From a virus, in the IMG/VR virus record IMGVR_UViG_3300050821_006235, positions 22,078-86,077 of that record: a DNA stretch of 64,000 nt; one strand, written 5' to 3'. Below the pieces are notes generated by a model, which ran no database searches, had not been told where the DNA came from, and saw only the letters and a program-made list of their open reading frames with translations. Below, piece after piece: positions 9,367 to 18,992 of this stretch. Made by a program: the position numbers and the translations under genes. Position 1 is the stretch's first letter. Every line of letters begins with the position of its first letter.

Positions 9367-9595
9367 TAACGATCTTGTAGGGATTGGAAAATCCCGGAAA
9401 TTATGCGTCTGAGATGAGAGAATGAAGGCATGAGCAACGACACCGAGGTCCGTTCCGACAGCGAAGCCGAGATGCACCCTGACGACATGTGGGTCTTCCA
9501 GTGCGGCATCGAGGGATGCTCTCTGACGGGAATCCTGCACACCCACGAGCAAAGCTGATTGAAGCCATGGGCCACATCGACGGAGAGAAGCAGCC

Positions 9596-9910
9596 ATGAC
9601 GATCGACATCTCGGGTCTCGACAAGGGCGCCGTCCTGGCCGCCTTGTGGAACAACGCCGCCCTGCCACCGAACCACGCCGTAGTGCACCCCCGCACCCGC
9701 CCGATGACCGTTGACGAGGCCCACAAAGCCTTCATCGCCGAGGGCGGCCACGGCTTCGACTACTACCAGGACCGGATTTTGAAGTTCCACCTCGGAGCCG
9801 ACGAGTTCGACCCGCGGTGGTACGACCGCGACAACGGCCAAGGCCTCGCCGAGCGCGTCATCGAGCACCTGCGCGTCACCGGTTCCGTGGACAAACTCGC
9901 TGACGCATGA
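9596..9910 (+). CDS. Hypothetical phage protein
   Basis: IDISGLDKGAVLAALWN..FDYY..YDRDNGQGLA; RBS present. Confidence 0.75.
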   Translation: MTIDISGLDKGAVLAALWNNAALPPNHAVVHPRTRPMTVDEAHKAFIAEGGHGFDYYQDRILKFHLGADEFDPRWYDRDNGQGLAERVIEHLRVTGSVDKLADA

Positions 9911-10902
9911 CCGAGGTCGAACCGGCCGCCACTCCCCTACCGGCCCTCGCGGTCCACGAGCGCCCCGCCTTCGACCCGTACGAGGTGTACATCGCCTCCC
10001 TGGCCTCCCCCGAGTCCAAGCGGACCATGCGCGGCGCCCTCGACCGGATCGCCCGCATGCAGACCGGAGACCCCGACGCCACCGGAGCATGGCAGCCGTG
10101 GTGGCTGCTCCGCTACGAGCACACCACCCAGATCCGAGCCGACCTGATCGCCGCGGGCCACTCCCCCACCCACGTCAACAAGCACCTCATCGCTCTCCGC
10201 CGAGTGCTACGCGTGTGCTGGCGGATGCGCCTGATGTCGGCCGACGAGTACGAGCGGGCGCGCGACATCGAGAGCGTGACAGGCGAACGGCTCCTGGCCG
10301 GGCGGGACATCCATCGTGACGAGCTGGCCGCGATGCTCCGCGTCTGCGCCGAGACCGAGGGCGCAGCCGGCATCCGCGATGCAGCCATCATGGCGGTGCT
10401 GTTCTCCACCGGCCTGCGCCGGTCCGAGATCGCCGGGGCGCTGCTGGAGTGCTACAACCCCGGCGAACGCTCACTGAAGATCATCGGCAAGCGGAACAAA
10501 GAACGGGTCGTCTACGTCACGCCATCCGCCGTCGCAGTACTCGATCGGTGGCTGCACCTGCTCGACATTCGGCGCGGGCCGATGTTCCGGCCGATCCACA
10601 AGACCGGCGTTATCAGCAACGGCGCTATGACGCCCCGAGCGGTCGGCTACATCGTGGACCGAACCCGCCGAAAAGCAGGATTGCCGCTGCTGGCCACTCA
10701 CGACTTCCGCCGCACCTACACGGGCGATCTGCTGGACGCGGGCGTAGACCTGTCGACCGTTCAGAAGCTCCTAGGGCACGCCTCGCCGACGACCACCGCA
10801 CGGTACGACCGGCGCCCCGACCGCGCGCTGAGGGACGCCTCAGACCTGCTGAGCCTGCCATCTCCAGAGCCCCTTCGGGACGAGCCAAGGAGCGAGCTGT
10901 GA
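9907..10902 (+). CDS. Tyrosine recombinase (Xer/Cre-like resolvase or integrase)
   Basis: TGLRRSE, GKRNKER, HDFRRT, LGHASPTTTARY catalytic motifs. Confidence 0.92.
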   Translation: MTEVEPAATPLPALAVHERPAFDPYEVYIASLASPESKRTMRGALDRIARMQTGDPDATGAWQPWWLLRYEHTTQIRADLIAAGHSPTHVNKHLIALRRVLRVCWRMRLMSADEYERARDIESVTGERLLAGRDIHRDELAAMLRVCAETEGAAGIRDAAIMAVLFSTGLRRSEIAGALLECYNPGERSLKIIGKRNKERVVYVTPSAVAVLDRWLHLLDIRRGPMFRPIHKTGVISNGAMTPRAVGYIVDRTRRKAGLPLLATHDFRRTYTGDLLDAGVDLSTVQKLLGHASPTTTARYDRRPDRALRDASDLLSLPSPEPLRDEPRSEL

Positions 10903-11246
10903 GCGGCGAGATGGAACTGACAGGGACAGCCCTCCCCGCCATACGCCCCGCCACCTACCCGGAGGAGAAGTGGTACGCCGGGGATCTCGTCTTGGACGCC
11001 GCGGGCATCTTGTGGATCCGGTCGTCCGATCAGGGTGTCGCGGAGGGCTGGCCGTGGAGCTACACGGGCGGCTGGCACCCGTGCGACCTGCACGCCCCGG
11101 GCGGTGACCGGCCAGAGGAGGAGGCGGTGCGGCCTCTGACGCTGCTCGTGCGAGGCGGGAAGCCGGTACGGACCATCATCTACCGGCCAGGCCCGGACAG
11201 TGCCGAGATCGAAGCAGGGGACGAGCCACCCGGGGGCGAACCGTGA
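10899..11246 (+). CDS. Hypothetical protein
   Basis: GTGA-coupled. Confidence 0.55.
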   Translation: MSGEMELTGTALPAIRPATYPEEKWYAGDLVLDAAGILWIRSSDQGVAEGWPWSYTGGWHPCDLHAPGGDRPEEEAVRPLTLLVRGGKPVRTIIYRPGPDSAEIEAGDEPPGGEP

Positions 11247-11605
11247 GCGAGGACTTCGAGCCTCACCCGCGCGTCCACCGAGCGGTCCAGTTCACCTGCC
11301 ACGACCACGGCTGCGACGTTGGCTACAACGAAGCGCCCGAGCGGGAGATCGCCAGCGGCTTGCTGGAGGACGTCGGCGACTGGCACCGAGCCGTGGCAGG
11401 CCTCACCCGGGCTAGCGTTCCACCAGGCGTCGCGGAGGCTTTGGAGGTGCTTCACGAGGCGGCGTGTGGGTGGGTGGACTGGCTGGACCGGGCAAGCGGC
11501 AAGCAGGCGACTCAGCCGGGCAAGCCCTCCCCCAGGGCAGGATGGACCCGTGACCGACATCGACGACGTGATCGCGTTCTACCGGGCACGGTTGGACGAG
11601 GGTGA
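11243..11605 (+). CDS. Hypothetical protein
   Basis: GTGA-coupled start; 3' end overlaps next gene by 56 nt. Confidence 0.45.
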   Translation: MSEDFEPHPRVHRAVQFTCHDHGCDVGYNEAPEREIASGLLEDVGDWHRAVAGLTRASVPPGVAEALEVLHEAACGWVDWLDRASGKQATQPGKPSPRAGWTRDRHRRRDRVLPGTVGRG

Positions 11606-12152
11606 GCAATGGGCGCTGGCCGCATCCAAGCCGTACCGCTATGCGGACGGTAATCCGCCCGTACCGCCGCAGGGTGTTCGCTGGACGTGGGTGGTCGGGG
11701 AGAACTGGGAGCCCGTCACCCCCGACCCGGTGCTGGACGAGTTCGTGGCCGAGCCCGGCGAGAGTTGCAATCTCGCCACGGTGGAGAAGTGGCCCTCCGA
11801 CCGATGGGAAATGCGCAACGCCTACGCCAACTGCATCGTGGAGATGGACAGTGCCGCCGCTGGTCACATCGTCCGCCACGACCCAGCCCGGGTACTCAAG
11901 AAGGTCGCCGCAGGGCGTGCGCTCATCCGCCTGTACGAGCAGTCCCTTGAGATGGTCGCGATGTTCCAGGGTCACGGCATGGACGGCAAGGGCTACGAGA
12001 TCGCAGTCGAGTCGTACGCCAACGCGATCCGCCTGGAAGCTTCCGTCTGGGACGACCATGAGGACTGGGATCCGGCATGGCGGCGAGGGTGGATGGACGA
12101 GATCCTGTCTGCCGTTGAGCCACTCCCCCACCCTGAACGGAGCGAGACGTGA
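11550..12152 (+). CDS. DUF6221-like phage protein
   Basis: IAFYRARLDE..HIVRHDPARVL..WDDHEDWDPAW. Confidence 0.75.
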   Translation: MTDIDDVIAFYRARLDEGEQWALAASKPYRYADGNPPVPPQGVRWTWVVGENWEPVTPDPVLDEFVAEPGESCNLATVEKWPSDRWEMRNAYANCIVEMDSAAAGHIVRHDPARVLKKVAAGRALIRLYEQSLEMVAMFQGHGMDGKGYEIAVESYANAIRLEASVWDDHEDWDPAWRRGWMDEILSAVEPLPHPERSET

Positions 12153-12547
12153 GCCCAGACCTGTGGACGATCGGTGCCGACATCGGCCAGATGGTGACCG
12201 GCCTGTCGGTCGTCACCGCCACCTACGTGTGGACGCGCGGCCGGCTGAGCGACCGTCGTGAGCGGAAGGCGGCGATCAGGCAGCGCACGTGGGGCGGTTA
12301 CATCGACCAGAGCGGGATCAACACCTGGCTCGTGCAGCTCGCCGAGGAGCCTGACCGTCCCACCGGGCGGGTCGTCCTGGACGTGGTCGACGGCAAGGGC
12401 GAACCGAGCGTGAACGGTGCTCACAGCCTCCGGCAGCGGATCATCGGAGAAGGGATGCTCGGCAGGGTCCCCACGACCGAGGAGTATGAGTTGCTGGCTG
12501 CGTTGCAGAAGGAACGCGGGTACGGCAAGGGCTTCCCGGTCCGATGA
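12149..12547 (+). CDS. Hypothetical protein with N-terminal TM
   Basis: Coupled ORF. Confidence 0.6.
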   Translation: MSPDLWTIGADIGQMVTGLSVVTATYVWTRGRLSDRRERKAAIRQRTWGGYIDQSGINTWLVQLAEEPDRPTGRVVLDVVDGKGEPSVNGAHSLRQRIIGEGMLGRVPTTEEYELLAALQKERGYGKGFPVR

Positions 12548-12801
12548 CTCTCCCCTGCTTCTGCTGCGGCAAGGCTCTCGAATCCGTAGATCCGCTCGGC
12601 GATGACGACAACGAGCCGAGCGAGGCGACCACGTTCCGCACCGGCGGGCACTACGGGTCAGGCGCGTTCGACCCGATGGACGGCAGCATGCTCGAACTCA
12701 ACGTGTGCGACGACTGCCTGACCGGCGGGGCCGAGCGGGTTGTGCTGCTGCGGACGGTCCAGACCGTACAGACGACATCATCGGCGTGGATCCCGGACTG
12801 A
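12544..12801 (+). CDS. Small Zn-binding phage protein
   Basis: CFCC..GHYGSGAFDPMDG..NVCDDC. Confidence 0.7.
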   Translation: MTLPCFCCGKALESVDPLGDDDNEPSEATTFRTGGHYGSGAFDPMDGSMLELNVCDDCLTGGAERVVLLRTVQTVQTTSSAWIPD

Positions 12802-13157
12802 CCCCGCTTGCCCGTACGTGGGCGAAGGCGACTTCCCGCAGGTCACAGCGTCGGGCTGCTGAGCCCTTCCGAGGTGTTGCGGATCGTTCCGACCGCTATC
12901 CTGGGTCTCGTCCCGGTCGTCTGCTGGCGGCAACGTCAGCATCCGTGGCAGCGGCTCAAGCCGACCGGGTGTTGCTATCGGCCCCGTCCACGGGTCCCGC
13001 TCCTACGGGAGCACGTCCTACGGCCACTCCCCCGGGGGTGGCCGTAGCTGTCTCGCGGTGTCTACGGCTGTATAGGCAGTCTCGTCGTCTCCGGGCGGCA
13101 GGGTGCTGCTCTTCCCTGGGTCTGGCGCGGTCCGGCATGCGGTGTAATGATCGGCGG

Positions 13158-13949
13158 ATGTCACCCGACCATCCCCCGCCCAAAATCGACCTCGCGAACG
13201 CCTCACCGTCCCGCGTCTACAACGCCCTGCGAGGCGGGAGCGGACACTACCTCCCGGACCGGTCCGTCATCGCCGGGATCAAGGAGTTCGAGCCCGGAAT
13301 CGCGTTGCTCGCCGCCCGCAACCGGGCTTTCCTCGGCCGGGTGGTCCGCTACCTCACCGCGCAAGGTGTCACGCAGTTCCTGGACTTGGGGTGTGGTCTG
13401 CCCGAGCGCCCGAACGTCCACGAGATCGCCTGGGAAACCGAGCCGGCGGCCCGGGTCGTCTACATCGACAACGACCCGAACGTCTTGGCCAACGTGCACG
13501 CGCTCGTGTCCGGCGACCACCGAACCGCGTACCTGGAAGCGGATGTGCGCGACGTTGAGGCGATCTGGGCGTCGCCGCAGTTCGCGATCCTTGACCCCGA
13601 TCGGCCGATCGGGTTCCTGGCGTTCACCCTGCTGCATTTCCTGCACCCCGCCGACGACCCGGCCGGGGTCGTGGACTGGCTCGGCGAACACTCGGCCCCG
13701 GGCGGCTACTTGGCGCTGTCGCATCTCAGCCATGAGCTGCTCGACGCCGATGGGCGCGTCGAGGCGCAGGAGGTGTTCGACGCGGCCATCGCGGGCCTGA
13801 TCCACATCCGCACCCGCGACGAGATCGCCGCCCTGCTCGGGGACCGTGAGCTAGTTGAGCCTGGTCTCGTCCCCGTCGCCGCGTGGCGGCCGGACGAGCC
13901 TGCCGCCACTACCCGGCTGGTGAACTTCGGCGCGGTCGCCCACCTGTGA
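13158..13949 (+). CDS. Actinobacterial SAM-dependent methyltransferase (Methyltransf_19-like)
   Basis: SRVYNALRGG..NRAFLGRVVRYL..QFLDLGCGLP..NVHEIA..VVYIDNDP. Confidence 0.9.
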   Translation: MSPDHPPPKIDLANASPSRVYNALRGGSGHYLPDRSVIAGIKEFEPGIALLAARNRAFLGRVVRYLTAQGVTQFLDLGCGLPERPNVHEIAWETEPAARVVYIDNDPNVLANVHALVSGDHRTAYLEADVRDVEAIWASPQFAILDPDRPIGFLAFTLLHFLHPADDPAGVVDWLGEHSAPGGYLALSHLSHELLDADGRVEAQEVFDAAIAGLIHIRTRDEIAALLGDRELVEPGLVPVAAWRPDEPAATTRLVNFGAVAHL

Positions 13950-13950
13950 C

Positions 13951-14148
13951 CTACCCGTGGTGTCCGGCCTTAATGCCGGTCACCAGTGCGGCGAAACCGG
14001 GCCGGGACACGCTCAGCCACGGGGCGTCCGGGTGCTTGGAGTCCCGTACGGCGATGCGGCGGCCGTTCGAACCGGCCTGGACACACTGCCCTTCGGCGGT
14101 GCTGTGGGAGGACGTTAGCCACACGATGCTGTTCGGGATGGTATCCAC
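13951..14148 (-). CDS. DUF397 protein (BldB/Scr2-like)
   Basis: WLTSSHS..CVQA..AVRDSKHP. Confidence 0.85.
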   Translation of the reverse strand: MDTIPNSIVWLTSSHSTAEGQCVQAGSNGRRIAVRDSKHPDAPWLSVSRPGFAALVTGIKAGHHG

Positions 14149-15063
14149 CTAGTGGTCAGTGTCCAGCATCGCCTTGAGCTGCTTTTCGATCATATCGACC
14201 GTCTTGTCCTGCGGCAGCGCCGCACCCTTGAGCTGCTCAAAGGTACCTCGGAACACCGCCACCTCCGCGTCCTCCTCGATGAGCGCCTGCCCGGCCGGTG
14301 AGTCCACGTACACGACCTCCGGATCGAGGGGCTGTGCGAACGTCAGGTGGACGAACGAGCCGGGGATACCGGGATGCGCGCCAGCGGAGAACGGGATCAC
14401 CTGGAGGACCACGCTGGGGTGGGCGGCCGCGGCGAGGAGGTGCTGCAACTGCCCGCGCATGACCTGCGGGCCTCCCACGACGCGGTGAAGTACGGCCTCA
14501 TCGAAGATCGCCCACAGGCGTTTCAGAGGCTGGCCGGCGTTTGGCTGCTCGTCGTCGGCTGCGAGGAGGAGGCGCTGGCGGTACAGGCGCTGGCGGTGCA
14601 GGCGTATCTCAACGCGACTTTCCACCACGTCCGCGGCCAGGCCCGGGGCGACGCCTTGGATGGTGGCCCGCGCGTAATCCTCGGTTTGGAGGAGGCCGGG
14701 GACGACGGTCCCCTCGTAGGTGCGGACGACATCGGCTTCGTCTTCGAGGCCGATGTAGGTGGCGTGCCCGCTGGTCAGGGCTCCGGTGTAGGGCTGCCAC
14801 CAGCCGCGTTGGCGCGCCTCGCGGACGAGGGTGAGGATCGCGTCCCGCCTGTCTCCGCTGACGCCGTACAGGTCGAGGAGTTCGCAGACCATGGCCGCCT
14901 GGGGTTTGGTCGCCAGACGGTTTTCCAGGCGCAGCAGCTTCGGTTTGGACCAGCCGAGGGCTTTCGCCGCTTGGTCGGCGGTGCGGCCGTCCTGCTCGCG
15001 GAGTCGGCGGAGTTCGGCGGCGAGCCGGCGGAGCCGGACGGTTGGGCTTTGGCTGGCTGCCAT
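14149..15063 (-). CDS. Xre HTH-DUF5753 regulator (WhiJ/Scr1-like)
   Basis: RRLAAELRRLRE..RGWW..VPGLLQTEDYARA..DEAVLHRVVGG. Confidence 0.9.
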   Translation of the reverse strand: MAASQSPTVRLRRLAAELRRLREQDGRTADQAAKALGWSKPKLLRLENRLATKPQAAMVCELLDLYGVSGDRRDAILTLVREARQRGWWQPYTGALTSGHATYIGLEDEADVVRTYEGTVVPGLLQTEDYARATIQGVAPGLAADVVESRVEIRLHRQRLYRQRLLLAADDEQPNAGQPLKRLWAIFDEAVLHRVVGGPQVMRGQLQHLLAAAAHPSVVLQVIPFSAGAHPGIPGSFVHLTFAQPLDPEVVYVDSPAGQALIEEDAEVAVFRGTFEQLKGAALPQDKTVDMIEKQLKAMLDTDH

Positions 15064-15329
15064 AGTGGGGCTCCTGCTGGCCGGTCCGACCGTGGCCGGG
15101 TCCCGGGCGTATAGAACCCGGCAAAATCTGTACCTTGCAAATTTTAGCCCATGAGGGCATGCTGGTCGTCTCGCCGGTGGGGAGACCGACGAGACGATCG
15201 ACGACAGTCCCGCCGCCCCGGGTGGCCATCAACTGATTGGCCCGTTCCGCCACCCGGGCGGTGGAAACCAATGTAACCGCGCGGCAAACAGAACGCCATG
15301 GAAATGGGCGTGTTGTGCCGCACGTGTAT

Positions 15330-15755
15330 TCAATCCGTGACGTCGCCAGCCGTCAGCTTGATCTCATAGGCGTCCCGGATCCGTTCAGTACCATCCAGCC
15401 CCGTGATGACCACGACAGGTGCGCCTGCGGCCAACCCGAGACGCCGCCGTTCATCGGCTGTTGCGGGGCGGATGATGGCCTCTTCTCCCCGCTTGAGCTC
15501 TTCCACGACCCGCTCCCCCATCTCCCGCACTACGGCGCGTACGCCCTGCTCAGCAGCGATGAGGTGTTCTACGGCGAGAACGGTGAGCGCCTTGCGTACC
15601 GTGGCAACGCTCACCCGGTAGGTGTCGGCGAGGTCGGGCGCCGAACGCAGGCGGTCCCCCGGTTGATACTCCCCCGACACGATCCGCCTGCGGATGTCGT
15701 CCGCTACCTGGATGTACTTGGGCGCATAGAGCGTGGGGTCAACGGGCTCTGGCAT
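15330..15755 (-). CDS. GntR-family winged-helix regulator (Kor-like)
   Basis: YIQVADDIRRRIVSGEYQPGDRLRS..VSVATVRKAL. Confidence 0.85.
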   Translation of the reverse strand: MPEPVDPTLYAPKYIQVADDIRRRIVSGEYQPGDRLRSAPDLADTYRVSVATVRKALTVLAVEHLIAAEQGVRAVVREMGERVVEELKRGEEAIIRPATADERRRLGLAAGAPVVVITGLDGTERIRDAYEIKLTAGDVTD

Positions 15756-15972
15756 GCGGGAACTCTATGGACGCATCACTGCACGGTTTCATTGTGGTCG
15801 ATGCGCCAATGCGGCGATACAGCGATGTCCTATTGAGCTGGCCATATTCGGCCATGGATGTGGGTTCATTACGTCGGGGAGGCCAGAAGCACCTCTGCGG
15901 CCGGAGACGGATACCGGGGGGAACGCTTATCCTGAGGGCTCCGCGTCTCTTCACTGGCCTGGACTGGCGCGA

Positions 15973-16012
15973 CGAAGGCCCCCAGACCGTCCGCTGACGG
16001 TGGGGGCCTTCG
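15973..16012. terminator. Hairpin terminator
   Basis: CGAAGGCCCCC...GGGGGCCTTCG downstream of the DUF397 gene. Confidence 0.7.
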
Positions 16013-16021
16013 GTTTCGTGG

Positions 16022-16225
16022 TCAGGCGAGGTCGGACTTCAACCGGCCGGTGAACGACCGCCAGTGCGACGGGCTGAACACCAGCGCCGGGCCTTGCGGG
16101 TCGGTGCTGTCGCGAACCGCGACGATGCCCGGGAGGTTGCGGGCAACTTCAACGCAGGTGTCCGCATTGACGCTGCTGGTGGACTTGTGCCATTGGGCGC
16201 GCGAAAGATCATGCGGTGTGGTCAT
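16022..16225 (-). CDS. DUF397 protein
   Basis: WHKSTSS..CVEVA..VAVRDSTDPQGPALVF. Confidence 0.9.
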   Translation of the reverse strand: MTTPHDLSRAQWHKSTSSVNADTCVEVARNLPGIVAVRDSTDPQGPALVFSPSHWRSFTGRLKSDLA

Positions 16226-16237
16226 TGGCCTGGACCT

Positions 16238-17080
16238 TTACCTTTTGGCGGCGGCGTCGATCAGTGCCGCCGACTCCTGTGGGGTGAGCGCATCCTGCCG
16301 GAGTCGCTCCATCGCCACATTACAACGGGCCACCTGCTGAGGCCGTTCGAGGTACGTGGCCCCGTGGAAGCCCTCGTGGTACCCAACGTCTGGGTCGGCC
16401 GGCTCGGCGAACCGCAGCACGATCAGCCCTCCTTCGAGACCGGCGTGGGTGCCGATCGCCTTCGGCAGGATCTGGATCGTGACGTTGGGGCGTCTGGCGT
16501 CAGCCGCGAGCCGGTACAACTGGTCGCGCATGACATCAGCGCCGCCGATCGGCCGCTCCAGGACCGCCTCGTCCAGGACGACCCTCACGCGCGGCGGATC
16601 CTGTGCTCGGGTCAGGAGCGTCTGGCGCAGCATCCGCACCTTGAGCCACCGTTCGACCTCGTCGACATGGTCGGGTGCTGCGGCGGTGAAGATCTCGCGG
16701 GCGTAGTCCTGGGTTTGGAGCAGGCCGGGGATTACCTGAGGTGCCCAGCCGTCGATCTCGGAAGCTGCGTCTTCGAGCGGGATGTACGGGCCGTCGATGA
16801 GGTCGACGTAGTCGGTCCACCAGTTGCGGCGTTCCGCCTCACTGGCGAGGGCGAGGAGTTCGGCGCTTGCCGGGCTGTTGACGCCGTACAGGCCGAGCAT
16901 CAGGGCGACGTCTTCGACGCTGGCCTTGTTGCGGCAGGACTCGATGTGGCCGACCTTGGCGGTACTCCAGCCGAAGCTCGCAGCGGTGGCGGCCATGGTC
17001 AGACCGGCCGCTTCTCGGTACTCCCGCAGGCTGCGGGCGAGGCGGCGGGCTCTCACGCTCGGAATGTACGCGGGTGGCAT
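16238..17080 (-). CDS. Xre HTH-DUF5753 regulator (WhiJ/Scr1-like)
   Basis: RRLARSLREYRE..NWW..IPGLLQTQDYARE..LDEAVLERPIGG. Confidence 0.9.
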   Translation of the reverse strand: MPPAYIPSVRARRLARSLREYREAAGLTMAATAASFGWSTAKVGHIESCRNKASVEDVALMLGLYGVNSPASAELLALASEAERRNWWTDYVDLIDGPYIPLEDAASEIDGWAPQVIPGLLQTQDYAREIFTAAAPDHVDEVERWLKVRMLRQTLLTRAQDPPRVRVVLDEAVLERPIGGADVMRDQLYRLAADARRPNVTIQILPKAIGTHAGLEGGLIVLRFAEPADPDVGYHEGFHGATYLERPQQVARCNVAMERLRQDALTPQESAALIDAAAKR

Positions 17081-17236
17081 GGGGTCATCTTCGCTGACTC
17101 GGGGTGGCGCACGGTGGCGCGTGGCCACATCGTGCCAAGATTCTTTGTTGATTCTACTTGCCGACTGTAGAAGCTACAGCGCAGGATGCGGATACAGCGT
17201 GACTCCGATACGTACCGTACGCCTCAGGTGGCCAGC

Positions 17237-17689
17237 ATGAGCCCGGTTCAGCACCAAGCGGCGGAACATCTCGCCGAACCCGTCGCATGGGCGGACGCCC
17301 ACCACAGGTGGACCTTCTCCCGCACCGGCAAACGCGGTGATGTCGCCCACCGGGTTCAGCAATCCCGGTACGCGTTCAAGGGCTTCGCCGAGAAGCTGTT
17401 CGGCAACAGTGACCGCACCAGCGAACTGGAGCTAGCCGCCGAGGAGCTGTTCGTCAACGCTGCCGAGCACGGCGACGGACCCACCGTGACGGTGTCGTTC
17501 ATCGTCTGCGGGAACACCCTCCGCCTTGAAGTGCACGACGGTGGTACGGCTCCGATCGGCAAGCCGGACGGCGACGAGTTGGCGGAGACCGGGCGCGGCC
17601 AGTTCCTCGTCGACGCGTTCACCGATAGATGCGGCATCGACCAGAACCGGCGCGGTACGACCGCATGGTTCGAGGTGGATCCGTCATGA
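17237..17689 (+). CDS. HATPase_c anti-sigma-like ATP-binding protein (AbaA/RsbW type)
   Basis: EELFVNAAEHG..LEVHDGG..ETGRGQFLVD..WFEV; divergent from Xre gene. Confidence 0.85.
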   Translation: MSPVQHQAAEHLAEPVAWADAHHRWTFSRTGKRGDVAHRVQQSRYAFKGFAEKLFGNSDRTSELELAAEELFVNAAEHGDGPTVTVSFIVCGNTLRLEVHDGGTAPIGKPDGDELAETGRGQFLVDAFTDRCGIDQNRRGTTAWFEVDPS

Positions 17690-17996
17690 GTTCCCGCAGG
17701 GCAGGCAGGCACGCGCGTGTAGGTCCACGTCTCCGCGCCGCCGCCGTCCTCCGGGTGGGGGGAGGTCGCGAGCCGGGTTCCGATGCCCGTCGGCTCGCGG
17801 CCGGGTTGGTGGTGGCGGCCCCATGGTGGCCTGTTCCGCCGCTGCCACCAACCACACAACGTCACCCGCGAGCACCCGGGCGGCGGACAGGGCAGGTCTC
17901 TCCGTCGCCCCCGTTGGGGAGACCTGCCCGCGCAGACGAGGGCGCGGCGGAACCGTCGACCCGCCGTGCCCTCCCGGACAACCAGGAGGTGGAGTG

Positions 17997-18179
17997 ATGC
18001 AACCGCCCGAACCTGAGGACGTCGTCCCCGAGGAAGAGCCGGACGGCGACATGCAGGCCGAGAAGCCCGCACCCCGCACCTACCCGCGTGGCGGCTACTG
18101 GGACCAGGTCGACGAAGCCGCTCGGAGACCGGCAACCCCGCCGGTCGAGCCAGAGGAGACAGCAGATGAACAGCCCTGA
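17997..18179 (+). CDS. Small acidic Pro/Glu-rich protein
   Basis: RBS GGAGG upstream; high GC3. Confidence 0.45.
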   Translation: MQPPEPEDVVPEEEPDGDMQAEKPAPRTYPRGGYWDQVDEAARRPATPPVEPEETADEQP

Positions 18180-18372
18180 CCTGTCCGGCGCCGCCTGGCG
18201 CAAGAGCATCCGCAGCGCGTCCAACGAGGCGTGTGTGGGCGTCGCCCCGCTCACCGGCGCTGTGGGCGTCCGCGACCAGAAGGACCCGACCGGGCCCGCG
18301 CTCGTGTTCGGCGCCGACGCCTGGTCCCGGTTCGCCGGCGCGGCCCGGTCCGGCCGCTACGACCTGGCCTGA
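18166..18372 (+). CDS. DUF397 protein
   Basis: WRKSIRS..CVGVA..VGVRDQKDPTGPALVF. Confidence 0.88.
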   Translation: MNSPDLSGAAWRKSIRSASNEACVGVAPLTGAVGVRDQKDPTGPALVFGADAWSRFAGAARSGRYDLA

Positions 18373-18529
18373 CCGCCCCATGAACGCGCGACGGCGCGGG
18401 AGCCATCCCGTACATCCCCGTGGGGTTGGAACACCTCCCGTGCCGCCGCGCCACCCTTCGGGCCGGGCCCGAAGGTGCATCACCAAGCGCGGACCAGCCG
18501 CGCCGGAAGGCTTCTAGGAGGAAGCCGAG

Positions 18530-18967
18530 ATGACTACCCTGACCGAAAGGACGGCCCCGGCCGTCGCGAACCCGAGGGACCTGGTCTCCCCCGAGCTGTT
18601 CGGCAAGCTCGTCGACCGGGTCATGCGGGACGAGCAGGTCACGGAGGGCTACGCCGAGAGGGTGATCGACCAGACCCTCGTGTTCCTCATCGCGTGCGCC
18701 GGCAACGGGTCGGGGCTCAAGCTGTCCCCGTCCACTCCGGTGGACCCCGGCTGGCATGCGTTCGTCCTGCACACCGAGGACTACGCCGAATTCTGCCAGC
18801 GGGTCGCCGGGCGCTTCATCCACCACCGGCCCATCATGGACACCGACATCCGGTCCGGTGCGGCGCTGGAGCGCACCGTGATCGCAATGCACGCCACCGG
18901 GTACCCGGTGGATGCGGACCTGTGGTCCGGTGCGACGAGCTGCGGTTCCGGATGCGAGCCACGGTAG
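18530..18967 (+). CDS. Conserved hypothetical protein (glycine-rich-domain family-like)
   Basis: PSTPVDPGWHAFVLHTEDYAEFC..FIHHRP motif; strong RBS. Confidence 0.75.
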   Translation: MTTLTERTAPAVANPRDLVSPELFGKLVDRVMRDEQVTEGYAERVIDQTLVFLIACAGNGSGLKLSPSTPVDPGWHAFVLHTEDYAEFCQRVAGRFIHHRPIMDTDIRSGAALERTVIAMHATGYPVDADLWSGATSCGSGCEPR

Positions 18968-18992
18968 TCGCGGAAGGCTGAGAAAGGCCCTG

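Noticed and set aside
12802-13157. Possible replication origin or ncRNA in the intergenic gap
   Set aside because: Only short palindromes; no iterons or adjacent rep gene that I can support
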